From Sulfurovum sp. (GTDB taxonomy: Bacteria; Campylobacterota; Campylobacteria; Campylobacterales; Sulfurovaceae), in NCBI GenBank assembly GCA_027071315.1, contig JALSUP010000064.1, forward strand, positions 8,345-72,344: a stretch of DNA of 64,000 nt, written 5' to 3'. The notes under the pieces are model-generated. The model had not been told where the DNA came from, did no database searches, and was given only the letters and a program-made list of their open reading frames with translations. Numbering within the stretch: the first letter of the stretch is position 1; each line of letters begins with the position of its first letter. A program made the position numbers and the translations under genes. Positions 41,149 through 50,842 of the stretch are shown one piece after another.

Positions 41149-41958
41149 ATGGTTTTCTTCTCAACTTTGAAATATCTTTTTCATAAGGCACACTTTTTTT
41201 GTCTGCTTTGTTTTGTGCTCTCTTTCTATACTTTCTCCTTTGCAGATGAGTTGATAACAGAAGAGTATCAGTTTGAAGTCAATCCGCAGTGGTATTCAAC
41301 AGAGAGTTATGCCGTCCAGGGGATCATCGGAGCTTCCAGAAGAAATGGACTCGATGAGAGGAACCGTGTCTATGCACGTCCATCTGCTGCCTATGGTCTG
41401 ACCTCGGAAACCACAGCCATCGCAGGACTCTTTACGGCATACAATCAGTTTCAAACCTTTCAGGATAGCATTGAAGTGCGTCCATACTTGGGTGTGAGCT
41501 ACTACCATGGCTTCGACGGGTTTTTTGACAAGTGGGGTGTGAGTGGCTACTTTCGCATCGAAGACAGATTGCGTTACCTGACCGATAACTGGGAGGGCGA
41601 ACAGAATTGGCGGGCACGACTGCGTATTTTGGGTATTTATACCCTCAATTCCAACACTAAAGAGAACAGCTGGCACCGTATCATCTTTGGTGCAGAGGTC
41701 CTTAGAACCTACTTCAACAGTGATGACAAGTATGGTGAATTTGATGACAATTTCGATGTGGAGTCACGACTCTCCCTCTCTATTGAACGTACTCTAACTA
41801 ATAAACAAAAAATACGTTTCAATGTGAATTGGCGCTATCAAGTACCCTTCAATCTGATAGACAAAGCCAAATTCAGTACGGTGGTCTTCCGGATCAGGTA
41901 CTACCCGCAATGGGGTGACCTCTTTAAAAATATACTCTCCCGCAATGTGGATGAGTGA
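41149..41958 (+). CDS. secreted, probably outer-membrane beta-barrel protein (DUF2490-like by recollection)
   Basis: Signal peptide ...FVLSFYTFSFA-DE. Alternating aromatic/hydrophilic beta-strand pattern. The start was moved to the ATG with AAGGA 6 nt upstream (the ORF track starts at 41083). Confidence 0.45.
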   Translation: MVFFSTLKYLFHKAHFFCLLCFVLSFYTFSFADELITEEYQFEVNPQWYSTESYAVQGIIGASRRNGLDERNRVYARPSAAYGLTSETTAIAGLFTAYNQFQTFQDSIEVRPYLGVSYYHGFDGFFDKWGVSGYFRIEDRLRYLTDNWEGEQNWRARLRILGIYTLNSNTKENSWHRIIFGAEVLRTYFNSDDKYGEFDDNFDVESRLSLSIERTLTNKQKIRFNVNWRYQVPFNLIDKAKFSTVVFRIRYYPQWGDLFKNILSRNVDE

Positions 41959-42345
41959 TCAATCGAAAGTTTTGTAGGGAAGGGTGACGATATTGTAATC
42001 TTCAGGCAAAGAGCAGAGCGGCAGACATTTCCAGCGTTTGGTCAGTTTCTGTTTTAAGTTGTCAGAAATGACCTCCAACTGTGCTTCTGCTTCCTCAACA
42101 GTCAGCTGCTCAACCTCTATAAAGACCTGTATTTTCTCTTCATCTTTCCCCTGATAGATATGATAGGCATCTATCTTCATAGTGGCAAAGAGATGCTTCA
42201 CCAGATAATAAAAACGCTGATGCTCTTCTCCTTTGTATTCCATGACCAGATAATCGGTACGATCATTTTTAAGAAGTGGGACAGCAATGGTGTACTGTTT
42301 GTTGAAGTGTTGTTGAATGAGAAGTTCTGTAAGTGGTTCTTCCAT
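41959..42345 (-). CDS. conserved hypothetical protein (DUF1882-like by position next to glyA, as in Campylobacter/Helicobacter)
   Basis: 128 aa with no recognisable catalytic motif. Assigned only by synteny with the lysS-glyA neighbourhood. Confidence 0.45.
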   Translation of the reverse strand: MEEPLTELLIQQHFNKQYTIAVPLLKNDRTDYLVMEYKGEEHQRFYYLVKHLFATMKIDAYHIYQGKDEEKIQVFIEVEQLTVEEAEAQLEVISDNLKQKLTKRWKCLPLCSLPEDYNIVTLPYKTFD

Positions 42346-42465
42346 GCGTTCAAACTTGGCATAGAAGGTACGATTGTCGAACTGTATCTGTTCGACGATC
42401 GAGGGGCGTTTTATGTAGTAATGGTCCGTCGTGAATGCGAGGTCAAAAACTTTTATTGGAAGCCC

Positions 42466-43716
42466 TTAGTAGATTGGCTTTTCATAAATGACAAAGTTGG
42501 AAGCCAAGGCTTTCATCTCTTCTTTGATGCTTGCATGCAGTGCTGTGTCATTTACAGCGTCAAGTACATCAGCGATCTTGTTTGAAATAATTTCAAACTC
42601 TGCCTCTTTCATACCTCTGCTTGTCAATGCTGCAGAACCAATACGCACACCCGAAGTGACGAACGGTGATCTTGTCTCACCCGGTACGGTATTTTTATTG
42701 ACAGTAATACCTGCGGCACCCAGTGCTGCATCGGCATCTTTACCTGAGAACTCTTTGTCAAGGAATGATACTAAAACAAGGTGGTTGTCTGTTCCGCCGG
42801 AGACAACATCATAGCCTCTCTCCATTAACACACGTGCAAGGACTGCTGCATTGGCTTTGACCTGTGCCGCATAGACTTTCCACTCTGGAGACAAGTTATA
42901 TTTGAAACCAACGGCTTTGGCTGCAATGACATGCACCAATGGACCACCCTGAAGACCAGGGAAGATCGCCGAGTTGATCTTTTTGGCCACATCTTCATCG
43001 TTGGTCATGATCATACCACCGCGAGGTCCTGCAAGTGTTTTGTGTGTTGTTGTTGTCACAACATCTGCATATGGGAACGGGCTAGGGTGCTCACCTGCAC
43101 AAACCAGTCCTGCAATGTGTGCAATGTCAGCAAAGAGGATGGCTCCGACTTCATCGGCGATCTCTCTAAATTTCTTGAAGTCGATCTCTCTTGCATAGGC
43201 AGAAGCACCACAGACAATGATCTTTGGCTTAACCGTTTTAGCAATACGAAGTACCTCTTCATAGTTAATGCGACCGTCAAGTTCGACACCATAGGTAAAT
43301 GAAGAGTAGTTCTTCCCTGAAAAACTTGGCTTTGAACCGTGTGTCAGGTGTCCACCATGAGACAGATCCATACCTAGTATCTTCTCTCCGGCTTTAAGCA
43401 ATGCAGCATAGACCGCACCATTTGCTTGAGAACCTGAGTGCGGCTGTACATTGGCATAGTTACAGTCAAAAAGCTCACAAGCTCTGTCTATGGCCAACTG
43501 CTCTACAACGTCTGCATATTCACATCCGCCGTAGTATCTCTTATAGGGGTAACCTTCTGCATACTTGTTCGTAAACACAGAACCCATTGCTTCCATTACA
43601 GCAGGGATGGTAAAGTTCTCAGATGCGATCATCTCAAGGTGATCAGTTTGTCGTTCTCTTTCGTTTTCAATGGCTTGAAAAATCTCCGGGTCAAATGTTT
43701 CTATTGCGTATGACAT
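42466..43716 (-). CDS. glyA: serine hydroxymethyltransferase
   Basis: 416 aa. [36 protein letters not shown] (PLP lysine). Confidence 0.95.
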   Translation of the reverse strand: MSYAIETFDPEIFQAIENERERQTDHLEMIASENFTIPAVMEAMGSVFTNKYAEGYPYKRYYGGCEYADVVEQLAIDRACELFDCNYANVQPHSGSQANGAVYAALLKAGEKILGMDLSHGGHLTHGSKPSFSGKNYSSFTYGVELDGRINYEEVLRIAKTVKPKIIVCGASAYAREIDFKKFREIADEVGAILFADIAHIAGLVCAGEHPSPFPYADVVTTTTHKTLAGPRGGMIMTNDEDVAKKINSAIFPGLQGGPLVHVIAAKAVGFKYNLSPEWKVYAAQVKANAAVLARVLMERGYDVVSGGTDNHLVLVSFLDKEFSGKDADAALGAAGITVNKNTVPGETRSPFVTSGVRIGSAALTSRGMKEAEFEIISNKIADVLDAVNDTALHASIKEEMKALASNFVIYEKPIY

Positions 43717-43839
43717 TGGGTTCCTTATTGTGGGAAGTATTTAATGTGTATTTATAGCCAATTTCATCTAAATTTGTTATGAAAGAGGAGTATTTTCTTT
43801 GTTTGCAAGGTCGGCTTCAGCCGACTACATATGTGTTGC

Positions 43840-45489
43840 TTACGTTCTCTCCGAAACACGTGCTTTACAGGCTGCGACATCCATACAGAACATCCCTTTT
43901 CCTTTTTTGGCAGGTTTGAGTTCTTCGAGAACATCGTGTCCGCATTTTTTACAGACATGCACGGCATCGACTTTGACATTTTCCTGTACTGTTTCGGGTC
44001 TCATGGCAGGGAAGAGAAGGACGTCACGGATGGTGTGCTGGTTGGTCAGCATCATGACCAGTCGGTCTATCCCGATACCTTCACCGGCAGTCGGTGTCAT
44101 ACCGTAGCTCAGCGCACGGACGAAGTCTGTGTCCATGTGCATTGCTTCATCGTCACCGGTCGCCTCTTTGGCATCGACCTGACCTTTAAATCTCTCATAC
44201 TGATCGATCGGGTCATTGAGCTCTGAGAAACCGTTGGCGATCTCTTTGCCGGCCATGAAGAGTTCGAAACGTTCCGTCACTTCAGGGTTGCTGTCGCTTC
44301 TTCTTGCCAAAGGCGAGATATCCACCGGGTAGTCCGTAATGAAGGTAGGGTCAATGAGTTTGCCTTCGACAAATTCGTCAAAGAGTTCCGCCTGTACATA
44401 GCCCAGGGTCCAGTTCTCATCGGTCTTGAGGTTGCGTTCTTTGAGGTAAGCGAGTCCTGCGTCTCTATCTTCAGCTACCTCTCTCGGTACACCACCAATG
44501 TCTACGATGGAGTCTACCCATGGCACCTTGGCAAATGGTGTGGCGAAGTTGATCTGCATATCACCGTAGGGCAGGGTTCTCTCCAGCCCGAGATTGTCAA
44601 AAAGATAGTCGAAGAGCTCTTCGGTCACTTCCATCAGTTCAATGTAAGTCTTGTAGGCCCAGTAGAACTCAATAGAGGTGAACTCCGGGTTATGCGTAGC
44701 GTCTATCCCCTCATTTCTGAAGTTTCTGTTAATTTCAAAGACCGCTTCCATACCGCCGACAATGAGACGTTTGAGGTAGAGCTCCGGCGCGATACGCAGG
44801 TAGCGGTCTACATCGAGTGCATTGTGATGCGTGATGAACGGCTTGGCATTGGCACCGCCGGGGATTGGGTGCATCATCGGTGTTTCAACTTCGAGGAAAC
44901 CTTTCTCTTCGAAGAAACGTCTGATGGAAGAGACGATCTTCGAGCGCAGTACAAAACGGTTCTTGACATCCGCATCCATGATCATGTCGAGGTAGCGCTG
45001 TCTGTATTTGATCTCCTGGTCCTGAATACCGTGGAACTTCTCCGGCAGCGGAGAGATGGCTTTGGTTACGAGGTTGACTTCGAGGCAGTGTAGGGTCAGT
45101 TCACCCGTTCCTGTGACAAAAGGATAGCCTTTGACTTCAATGATGTCACCGACTTCAAAGAGTTTTTTGACCACATCGTTGTAGTAACCCTCAGGTAGGT
45201 CGTCACGGTTGAAGTAGACCTGTACCAGACCGTCCGCGTCTTCGATCTTTGCAAAAGCAGCTTTTCCCATGATACGGATAAACTTGATACGCCCGGTAAG
45301 GCTATAAGTCTTGGACTCATCTTTTTTCATCTCATCGGTGTCGATGTCATGGACATAGTGACACTCGGCTAAAAAAGTGGCAGAAGGTGTGCCCTTTTTG
45401 ATCTGGTTCTGGTAAGGGTTGATCCCTTTCTCTTTTAAGATTTCGGTTTTTTTAATTCGTTCCTGAATATATTGATTTTCAAATATCAA
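43840..45489 (-). CDS. lysS: lysine--tRNA ligase (class II) with a ~51-aa Cys-containing C-terminal extension
   Basis: OB-fold N-domain, class II motifs (FLEVETPMMH, FRNEGID, GEGIGIDRLVMMLT), then LLFPAMRP followed by an extra tail. TTG start. Confidence 0.9.
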   Translation of the reverse strand: MIFENQYIQERIKKTEILKEKGINPYQNQIKKGTPSATFLAECHYVHDIDTDEMKKDESKTYSLTGRIKFIRIMGKAAFAKIEDADGLVQVYFNRDDLPEGYYNDVVKKLFEVGDIIEVKGYPFVTGTGELTLHCLEVNLVTKAISPLPEKFHGIQDQEIKYRQRYLDMIMDADVKNRFVLRSKIVSSIRRFFEEKGFLEVETPMMHPIPGGANAKPFITHHNALDVDRYLRIAPELYLKRLIVGGMEAVFEINRNFRNEGIDATHNPEFTSIEFYWAYKTYIELMEVTEELFDYLFDNLGLERTLPYGDMQINFATPFAKVPWVDSIVDIGGVPREVAEDRDAGLAYLKERNLKTDENWTLGYVQAELFDEFVEGKLIDPTFITDYPVDISPLARRSDSNPEVTERFELFMAGKEIANGFSELNDPIDQYERFKGQVDAKEATGDDEAMHMDTDFVRALSYGMTPTAGEGIGIDRLVMMLTNQHTIRDVLLFPAMRPETVQENVKVDAVHVCKKCGHDVLEELKPAKKGKGMFCMDVAACKARVSERT

Positions 45490-45579
45490 GTTGTCTCCTG
45501 TTGGTGAATATTAATCTTGTCCTGAATGCCCAAACGAAATGTGCGTGGCTTTGTATGTTCAGGGTAGTGTGGTTTTTGC

Positions 45580-46020
45580 TTAGTCCTGGCATTTCTCGCA
45601 AAGACCGACGATCTTCATCGTATGGTCTGTCATTTTAAAGTTGTACTTCTCTGCGATCATCTCCTGCTGTGCTTCAATGGTTTCATCGAAAAATTCAATA
45701 ATGTCTCCACACTTTGAACAAATAAGGTGGTCATGATGCTTTTTAAGTCCCAGCTCATATTTTTTCCCTGCGGCACCAAAAGAGATGGAAGAGGCAATGC
45801 CTTCATTTTCAAGAAGTGTCAGTGTTCTATAGACCGTTGCTATACCAATATTGATATTGGGGTTTTCTTTTTTAAGAAGCATATAAATATCTTCAGGTGC
45901 ATAGTGGTCATCATTTTCATAGAGAAATTTTAAAATGAGTTCACGCTGCTTGGTGAACTTCAATGTATTGTTCTTCAGTAAGGCTTTGAACTTTTCCAAA
46001 AGAAGTGGATAGGTGATCAT
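45580..46020 (-). CDS. fur: Fur-family metalloregulator
   Basis: 146 aa. wHTH ATVYRTL, metal sites HHDHLICSKCG...and C-terminal CEKC. Sits upstream of lysS-glyA as in C. jejuni. Confidence 0.8.
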   Translation of the reverse strand: MITYPLLLEKFKALLKNNTLKFTKQRELILKFLYENDDHYAPEDIYMLLKKENPNINIGIATVYRTLTLLENEGIASSISFGAAGKKYELGLKKHHDHLICSKCGDIIEFFDETIEAQQEMIAEKYNFKMTDHTMKIVGLCEKCQD

Positions 46021-46031
46021 AATAGCTTCCT

Positions 46032-46655
46032 TTACTGTGCTGTGCTTTGATTTTGTTCAGTGGTCACTGACGTGTTGACATCTTCTTTTGTGTTGATGTT
46101 CGCAACCTCTTTCAGCATTTCACCGGCACTTGAACTTTGTAAGCCGATATCTTTCGGGTCAAGGTGGATGACACTGGAACCTACACTCAGAAGGTAAGGG
46201 TAGAGCATAGAATCTTTGACGTATTTTTCCAAATTGTCTTTAACAAGCGTTACATGGGAGAGTGCGGTGACGATCAGCGCGAAAATAAGAAAATATTTCC
46301 CGCCTCCGGCAACAAAGCCGAGAAAACGGTTGAGAAATCCCAAACCGCTGACAGAAGTCAGTTTGGAAAAGATGGAACCTAAAATGGTTGCACCCAGCCA
46401 GACAATAATAAGAATGGAGAGGAACCCAAATAGCCTAAGCAGGGCATTATTTTCGATATGTAGGAAGGTACTGTCAATGAACATCGCAGCATCTCCTGAA
46501 AGACGCGATGCCAGGTAGACACCGCCTATAAGACCGACAAGACCAAAAACCTCTTTCACGAAACCGTTCATAAAGCCTTTGATGCCTAAAATAAGTACGA
46601 TCGCTGCGATCGTCACATCAAAATAGTTAAAGTCGATCATTGAAAAGTTTTCCAT
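46032..46655 (-). CDS. cvpA: CvpA-family (colicin V production) membrane protein
   Basis: Four TM helices. FDVTIAAIVLILGIKGFMNGFVKEVFGLVGLIGGVYLA is typical of the CvpA N-terminus. Confidence 0.75.
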   Translation of the reverse strand: MENFSMIDFNYFDVTIAAIVLILGIKGFMNGFVKEVFGLVGLIGGVYLASRLSGDAAMFIDSTFLHIENNALLRLFGFLSILIIVWLGATILGSIFSKLTSVSGLGFLNRFLGFVAGGGKYFLIFALIVTALSHVTLVKDNLEKYVKDSMLYPYLLSVGSSVIHLDPKDIGLQSSSAGEMLKEVANINTKEDVNTSVTTEQNQSTAQ

Positions 46656-46718
46656 ACGTCCCTCTTAGCTTAGAAATTATTTCGTATTGTATCTATAAAA
46701 AGCAATAAAAATGCTTTG

Positions 46719-47783
46719 CTAGCGGATAACCGCTTTTAACAACTCTTCAGGCTTGTTGGAATACTGAAGTGCAGCATCGCGTGATATCTTACCTTCTTTA
46801 ATGTATTTAAGCAGTGCCTGACTCTGGGTGATCATACCCGTACCTTCCTGACCCAGCTGCATTTGTGAATAGATCTGGTGTACTTTGTCTTCACGTATAA
46901 GGTTGGAGATGGCATGGTTCGTCACGAGTATTTCGGAAGCAGCAATACGTCCCCCATCCAGTTTCGGAATCAGGGCCTGTGCCACAACGGCGACCAGTGA
47001 AGTCGAGATCATGGCTCTGATCTGCGGTTGTTCATCACCTGTAAATACATCGATGATACGGTTGATAGTACCCGCGGCAGAAGAGGTGTGAAGCGTACCG
47101 AAAACAAGGTGCCCGGTTTCCGCTGCGGTCAGGGCAGCTTCAATGGTCTCTTTATCTCTCATCTCACCGATCAGGATGATATCCGGATCCTGACGCATGG
47201 CATATTTGAGTGCAGTGGCAAAACTGGCTGTATCTTCACCCACACCTCTGTGTGAGAAGACACATTTTTTGTTCGGGTGTATGAATTCCACCGGGTCTTC
47301 CACGGTGACAACGTGTTTCTGTTCATGTAAATTGATCTCATTGAGCATGGCGGCGAGTGTGGTTGATTTACCTGAACCGGTAGGACCGGTCACAAGAATA
47401 AGGCCTTTTTCTCTTTTGATCAGTTTTTTATAGACATGGGGTGCGCCAAGGTCATCGAGAGAAGGTATCTCAATAGGGATCACCCTGAAGGCTGCTGCTG
47501 TCTCTCCCAATGTACGGTAGTAGTTTGCTCTAAATCGTCCAATACCAGGAAGGAGTACGGCAAAGTCAAGTTCATCATGCTCTTCAAACTGCAGTTTCTG
47601 CTTTTCTGTAATAAGAGAGTAACACATCTCTTCGATGTCCTCTCCTGTCAGTTTTGGAAGGTTCACAGGTTTCAGTGCACCGTCAAGTCTGATCTGCGGT
47701 TCTGTACGGCTGACCAGGTGCAGGTCGGAAGCACCGTATTTTACAACGCTTTGAAGTAGTTTTTTGATATCAAAATTGGACAA
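46719..47783 (-). CDS. pilT: PilT-family type IV pilus retraction / secretion ATPase
   Basis: ASDLHL, Walker A GPTGSGKSTT, Asp box, Walker B ILIGEMRD, His box TGHLVFGTLHT. TTG start. Confidence 0.85.
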   Translation of the reverse strand: MSNFDIKKLLQSVVKYGASDLHLVSRTEPQIRLDGALKPVNLPKLTGEDIEEMCYSLITEKQKLQFEEHDELDFAVLLPGIGRFRANYYRTLGETAAAFRVIPIEIPSLDDLGAPHVYKKLIKREKGLILVTGPTGSGKSTTLAAMLNEINLHEQKHVVTVEDPVEFIHPNKKCVFSHRGVGEDTASFATALKYAMRQDPDIILIGEMRDKETIEAALTAAETGHLVFGTLHTSSAAGTINRIIDVFTGDEQPQIRAMISTSLVAVVAQALIPKLDGGRIAASEILVTNHAISNLIREDKVHQIYSQMQLGQEGTGMITQSQALLKYIKEGKISRDAALQYSNKPEELLKAVIR

Positions 47784-47796
47784 GTGGATCCTTTAA

Positions 47797-48138
47797 TTAA
47801 TGTATGTTTTCGGAATATTGGCTTTCATTATATCCTACTATTATTTTATTTTCATATATAATCACAGGTCTTTTAATAAGCATGTTCTCTTTTGCCATCC
47901 ATGTTACTTTTTGTTCATCTGACAGGTTCATCTCTTTGAGTTTGAGTGTACGGTAGGTTGTCCCTCTTGTATTGAAAAGGGTTTTGATGTCTGTTTTTCT
48001 CAGCCAAGACTGTATCTCTTCAAGAGAAACGGGTGTTTCCCTAAAGTCTATAAAGGTATGTTCAATAGCGTTATTTTTAAGATATTTCCGTGCTTTTCTT
48101 ACCGAGTCACAGTTCTTAATGCCGTATATTTTTAGCAT
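47797..48138 (-). CDS. ArsC/Spx/YffB-family thioredoxin-fold protein
   Basis: MLKIYGIKNCDSVRKARKYL...FIDFRE...LFNTRGTTYR...IKRPVI. Confidence 0.75.
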   Translation of the reverse strand: MLKIYGIKNCDSVRKARKYLKNNAIEHTFIDFRETPVSLEEIQSWLRKTDIKTLFNTRGTTYRTLKLKEMNLSDEQKVTWMAKENMLIKRPVIIYENKIIVGYNESQYSENIH

Positions 48139-48148
48139 AAAATAGAGG

Positions 48149-48478
48149 TTATTCTATGATGGCAGGGACAATGAAGAAATCATCTTTTGCCTGAGGTGCA
48201 TGCGTCAATATATCTTTTGCAACAGTGTTTGCTTCTCGGGGTTTGTCTTCTCTCAGGGGTGTACCGCCTTCGAGTGTTGAGAATGAAGCCGAGAGGGAGT
48301 CTGTATCCAGTTCATTCAGATTGTCAATATATCCGAGGATGTCAGTCAGTTGTCCCATGACCTCTTCCTTCTTTGAATCATCAATACGAAGATGCGATAA
48401 TTTTTCAAGTTTTTTCAAAAGAGTGTTATCTATTTGCACGTTTTGCCTTTTAGTGAGAGAAGTTATTACTTGTATCAT
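48149..48478 (-). CDS. gatC: Asp/Glu-tRNA amidotransferase subunit C
   Basis: QIDNTLLKKLEKLSHLRIDD...IDNLNELDTD. The true start is probably the GTG at 48439 (AAGG 7 nt upstream), giving about 96 aa. Confidence 0.75.
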   Translation of the reverse strand: MIQVITSLTKRQNVQIDNTLLKKLEKLSHLRIDDSKKEEVMGQLTDILGYIDNLNELDTDSLSASFSTLEGGTPLREDKPREANTVAKDILTHAPQAKDDFFIVPAIIE

Positions 48479-48536
48479 TATATATTAATTTGGTTTAAGA
48501 TATAACTACATATATATAATACAGCAAGGATAGATA

Positions 48537-48902
48537 ATGATGAAACAGATTGACATGAGCTCTCCCGAGTTCCTGAAAGAGATGGCAAAAACAAAAAAAT
48601 TCACGGACAAGGTATGTAAAACATTCGGATACGAGTATCACCCGATGGATGATGTCAATGAAGGTGTGACAATGGGACTGGCCAGACATAAAATGCTTTA
48701 CGGAAAAAGATTCTGTCCCTGTTTCATGGTAGACCCGGATCCGGAAAATGAAGGAAAATTCATCTCTTCCGATAACAGAGTCTGTCCCTGTCCACAAGCG
48801 ATTGAGAAAGAGATCCCTGAAGAGGGAAAATGTCACTGTGGTATTTTCTGTACACCTGAATATGTCGCTGAACAGATGAAAAAGACGATGGAAAGTCTAT
48901 AA
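48537..48902 (+). CDS. ferredoxin:thioredoxin reductase catalytic-subunit-like protein
   Basis: CPC...CPC...CHC cysteine triplet pattern (FCPCFMV, RVCPCPQ, KCHCGIF), characteristic of the FTR catalytic chain. Confidence 0.7.
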   Translation: MMKQIDMSSPEFLKEMAKTKKFTDKVCKTFGYEYHPMDDVNEGVTMGLARHKMLYGKRFCPCFMVDPDPENEGKFISSDNRVCPCPQAIEKEIPEEGKCHCGIFCTPEYVAEQMKKTMESL

Positions 48903-48929
48903 AAACCCTTTAAGAAAATATTTTTTCGG

Positions 48930-48935
48930 TATAAT
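48930..48935 (+). promoter_or_regulatory. candidate -10 box (TATAAT) for rhodanese-dapE genes
   Basis: TTTTTTCGGTATAAT lies 33 nt upstream of the ATG at 48968. Confidence 0.3.
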
Positions 48936-48967
48936 ACGCGACTATTTTCTAAGATAAGGGAGAGACC

Positions 48968-49309
48968 ATGCAGGAATTACTAACAAAACAAGATGTCAAC
49001 TCACAGGAATTACAGGCACTTTTAGATGCCAGAGCCAAGGGTGAAGTTGACTTTACACTGATTGATGTACGTGAGCAGTATGAGTATGATTCTTCACACA
49101 TCAGCGGGGTAGACCTTTTGAAGCCGACATCAAGTTTTCAGGCCTGGGCAGAAGAGATCTTCAATGAATATCAGGGCAAAAACCTGATCTTTACCTGTCG
49201 TACCGGAAGCAGAAGCGGACAGGTAGCCAATGTATTTCAAAGCAATGGTCATAAAAATGCGATCAATCATTATGGCGGTATCATGACCTATAGCGGTGAG
49301 ACTGCATAA
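48968..49309 (+). CDS. single-domain rhodanese (sulfurtransferase)
   Basis: 113 aa. LIDVREQYEY and active-site loop CRTGSRS. Confidence 0.8.
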   Translation: MQELLTKQDVNSQELQALLDARAKGEVDFTLIDVREQYEYDSSHISGVDLLKPTSSFQAWAEEIFNEYQGKNLIFTCRTGSRSGQVANVFQSNGHKNAINHYGGIMTYSGETA

Positions 49310-49312
49310 TCA

Positions 49313-50413
49313 ATGAATGTCATTGACCTTCTTTTAAAGCTTTTAAGCTTTGAATCACTCACCCCGGATGATGCCGGCTCTTTAAAGTTCATTGAATCGT
49401 ACTTGGATGGCTATGAAGCTGTCTATTTCAACAAAGAGGGTGTGAAAAACCTTTTTCTGACAAAGAAATTCTCTGAAGGTGAACATCTCTGTTTTGCAGG
49501 TCATGTTGATGTGGTACCTGCAGGCTCCAGTTGGAGCACCAATCCTTTTGTACCGGTCATAAAGGAAGGGCGCATTTTTGCCCGCGGTACCCAGGACATG
49601 AAATCCGGTGTGGCCGCTTTTGTCCAAACACTTAAAGAGACAGAAGATTTTCAAGGGCGACTCTCTGTTCTTCTCACTTCCGATGAAGAGGGTGAAGCAG
49701 AATTCGGTACGGTGATCATGCTCGAACACCTCAAGACACTCAATTTACTTCCCGATTATTGTATCGTTGCCGAACCGACGTGCGAAAGTATTTTTGGTGA
49801 TGCCATTAAAATCGGACGACGGGGTTCTATTAACGGGTATTTGACCATACAGGGCAGACAGGGACATGCTGCTTACCCTGAAAAAGCCATTAACCCGGTA
49901 CATCAGTTGGCACCCATACTCGATAAAATCGCAGGTGTGAATTTAGATGACGGTGATGATGATTTTGCGCCAAGCCAAATGGTCATTACAGACATACGCG
50001 GTGGTATGGAAGTGACCAATGTGACACCCGATTCACTGCGTATTATGTTTAATGTGAGAAACTCCACCAAGACTACACAGGAAGAGATTAAACTGCATAT
50101 TGCAGAACTCTTTAAAGATTTGACGTATGACTTGAAGTTGACACAGGGGTCTTACCCCTTCGTCACAAAAAGAGATTCGAAGATCGTCAAGGTCTTGAGT
50201 CAGAGTATTGAAAAATTGACAGGCATAGAGACAAAACTCTCTACTGCTGGCGGTACTTCCGATGCACGTTTCATGGGGGCATTTGGCATAGATGTGGTTG
50301 AGTTCGGTGTCATTAACGATACCATCCATGCACCGAATGAATCAACAACGATCGTTGAAGTAGAAAGACTCTATGACATTTTTAAAGAGACTGTTAAAGA
50401 TTTCACTGCCTAG
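49313..50413 (+). CDS. dapE: succinyl-diaminopimelate desuccinylase
   Basis: 366 aa M20 peptidase. LSFESLTPDD, FAGHVDVVPAG, GTQDMKSG, SDEEG. Confidence 0.85.
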   Translation: MNVIDLLLKLLSFESLTPDDAGSLKFIESYLDGYEAVYFNKEGVKNLFLTKKFSEGEHLCFAGHVDVVPAGSSWSTNPFVPVIKEGRIFARGTQDMKSGVAAFVQTLKETEDFQGRLSVLLTSDEEGEAEFGTVIMLEHLKTLNLLPDYCIVAEPTCESIFGDAIKIGRRGSINGYLTIQGRQGHAAYPEKAINPVHQLAPILDKIAGVNLDDGDDDFAPSQMVITDIRGGMEVTNVTPDSLRIMFNVRNSTKTTQEEIKLHIAELFKDLTYDLKLTQGSYPFVTKRDSKIVKVLSQSIEKLTGIETKLSTAGGTSDARFMGAFGIDVVEFGVINDTIHAPNESTTIVEVERLYDIFKETVKDFTA

Positions 50414-50431
50414 GCAGTCCAAGGAAAGAAA

Positions 50432-50833
50432 ATGAAAAAAAACCTAATGATCCTCCTCCTCTTACCCCTCTCCCTTTTTGCTGACATTGCATGGCAAAAA
50501 GACCTTTCAACAGCCTTTATCAAGGCTCAGAAAGAGCAGAAAAATGTAATGGTCTTTGTTGAAGGGGGGCACTGTCGCTGGTGTAAGAAAATGAAACACC
50601 GTACGCTGAGCGAAAAGAGTGTAGAAACTGTACTAAAACCTTATGTTGCTGTGAAGGTAGCCGAAGAAGACAGTGCCGCCATGAAAATGTTACCGGCCAT
50701 AGACGGTGTTCCGACCATTTTCTTTATGAGTGCCGACAAAAAAGTGCTGAGTAAAGTGGCAGGCTATTATTCTGAAGAAGAATTTACTGCTATGGTCAAA
50801 GAGATCACCTCTGTGTCAGCCAAGGTAAAATAA
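50432..50833 (+). CDS. secreted thioredoxin-fold protein (CxxC)
   Basis: Signal peptide followed by VMVFVEGGHCRWCKKM (WCxxC-type active site). Confidence 0.65.
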   Translation: MKKNLMILLLLPLSLFADIAWQKDLSTAFIKAQKEQKNVMVFVEGGHCRWCKKMKHRTLSEKSVETVLKPYVAVKVAEEDSAAMKMLPAIDGVPTIFFMSADKKVLSKVAGYYSEEEFTAMVKEITSVSAKVK

Positions 50834-50842
50834 TGCACTGCG

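Noticed and set aside
43799-44226. Plus-strand ORFs of 102 and 131 aa overlapping the 3' end of lysS.
   Set aside because: They lie opposite a well-supported lysS CDS and have no RBS or motifs. They were considered as an alternative explanation for the LysS tail region, but the minus-strand frame continues uninterrupted from the conserved core.
45490-45579. A CCTGAA...TTCAGG inverted repeat between fur and lysS as a terminator or Fur box.
   Set aside because: The arms are only 6 bp and separated by ~30 nt. There is no U-tract and no convincing GATAAT-type Fur hexamer array. In C. jejuni, fur-lysS-glyA are co-transcribed, so a terminator is not expected.
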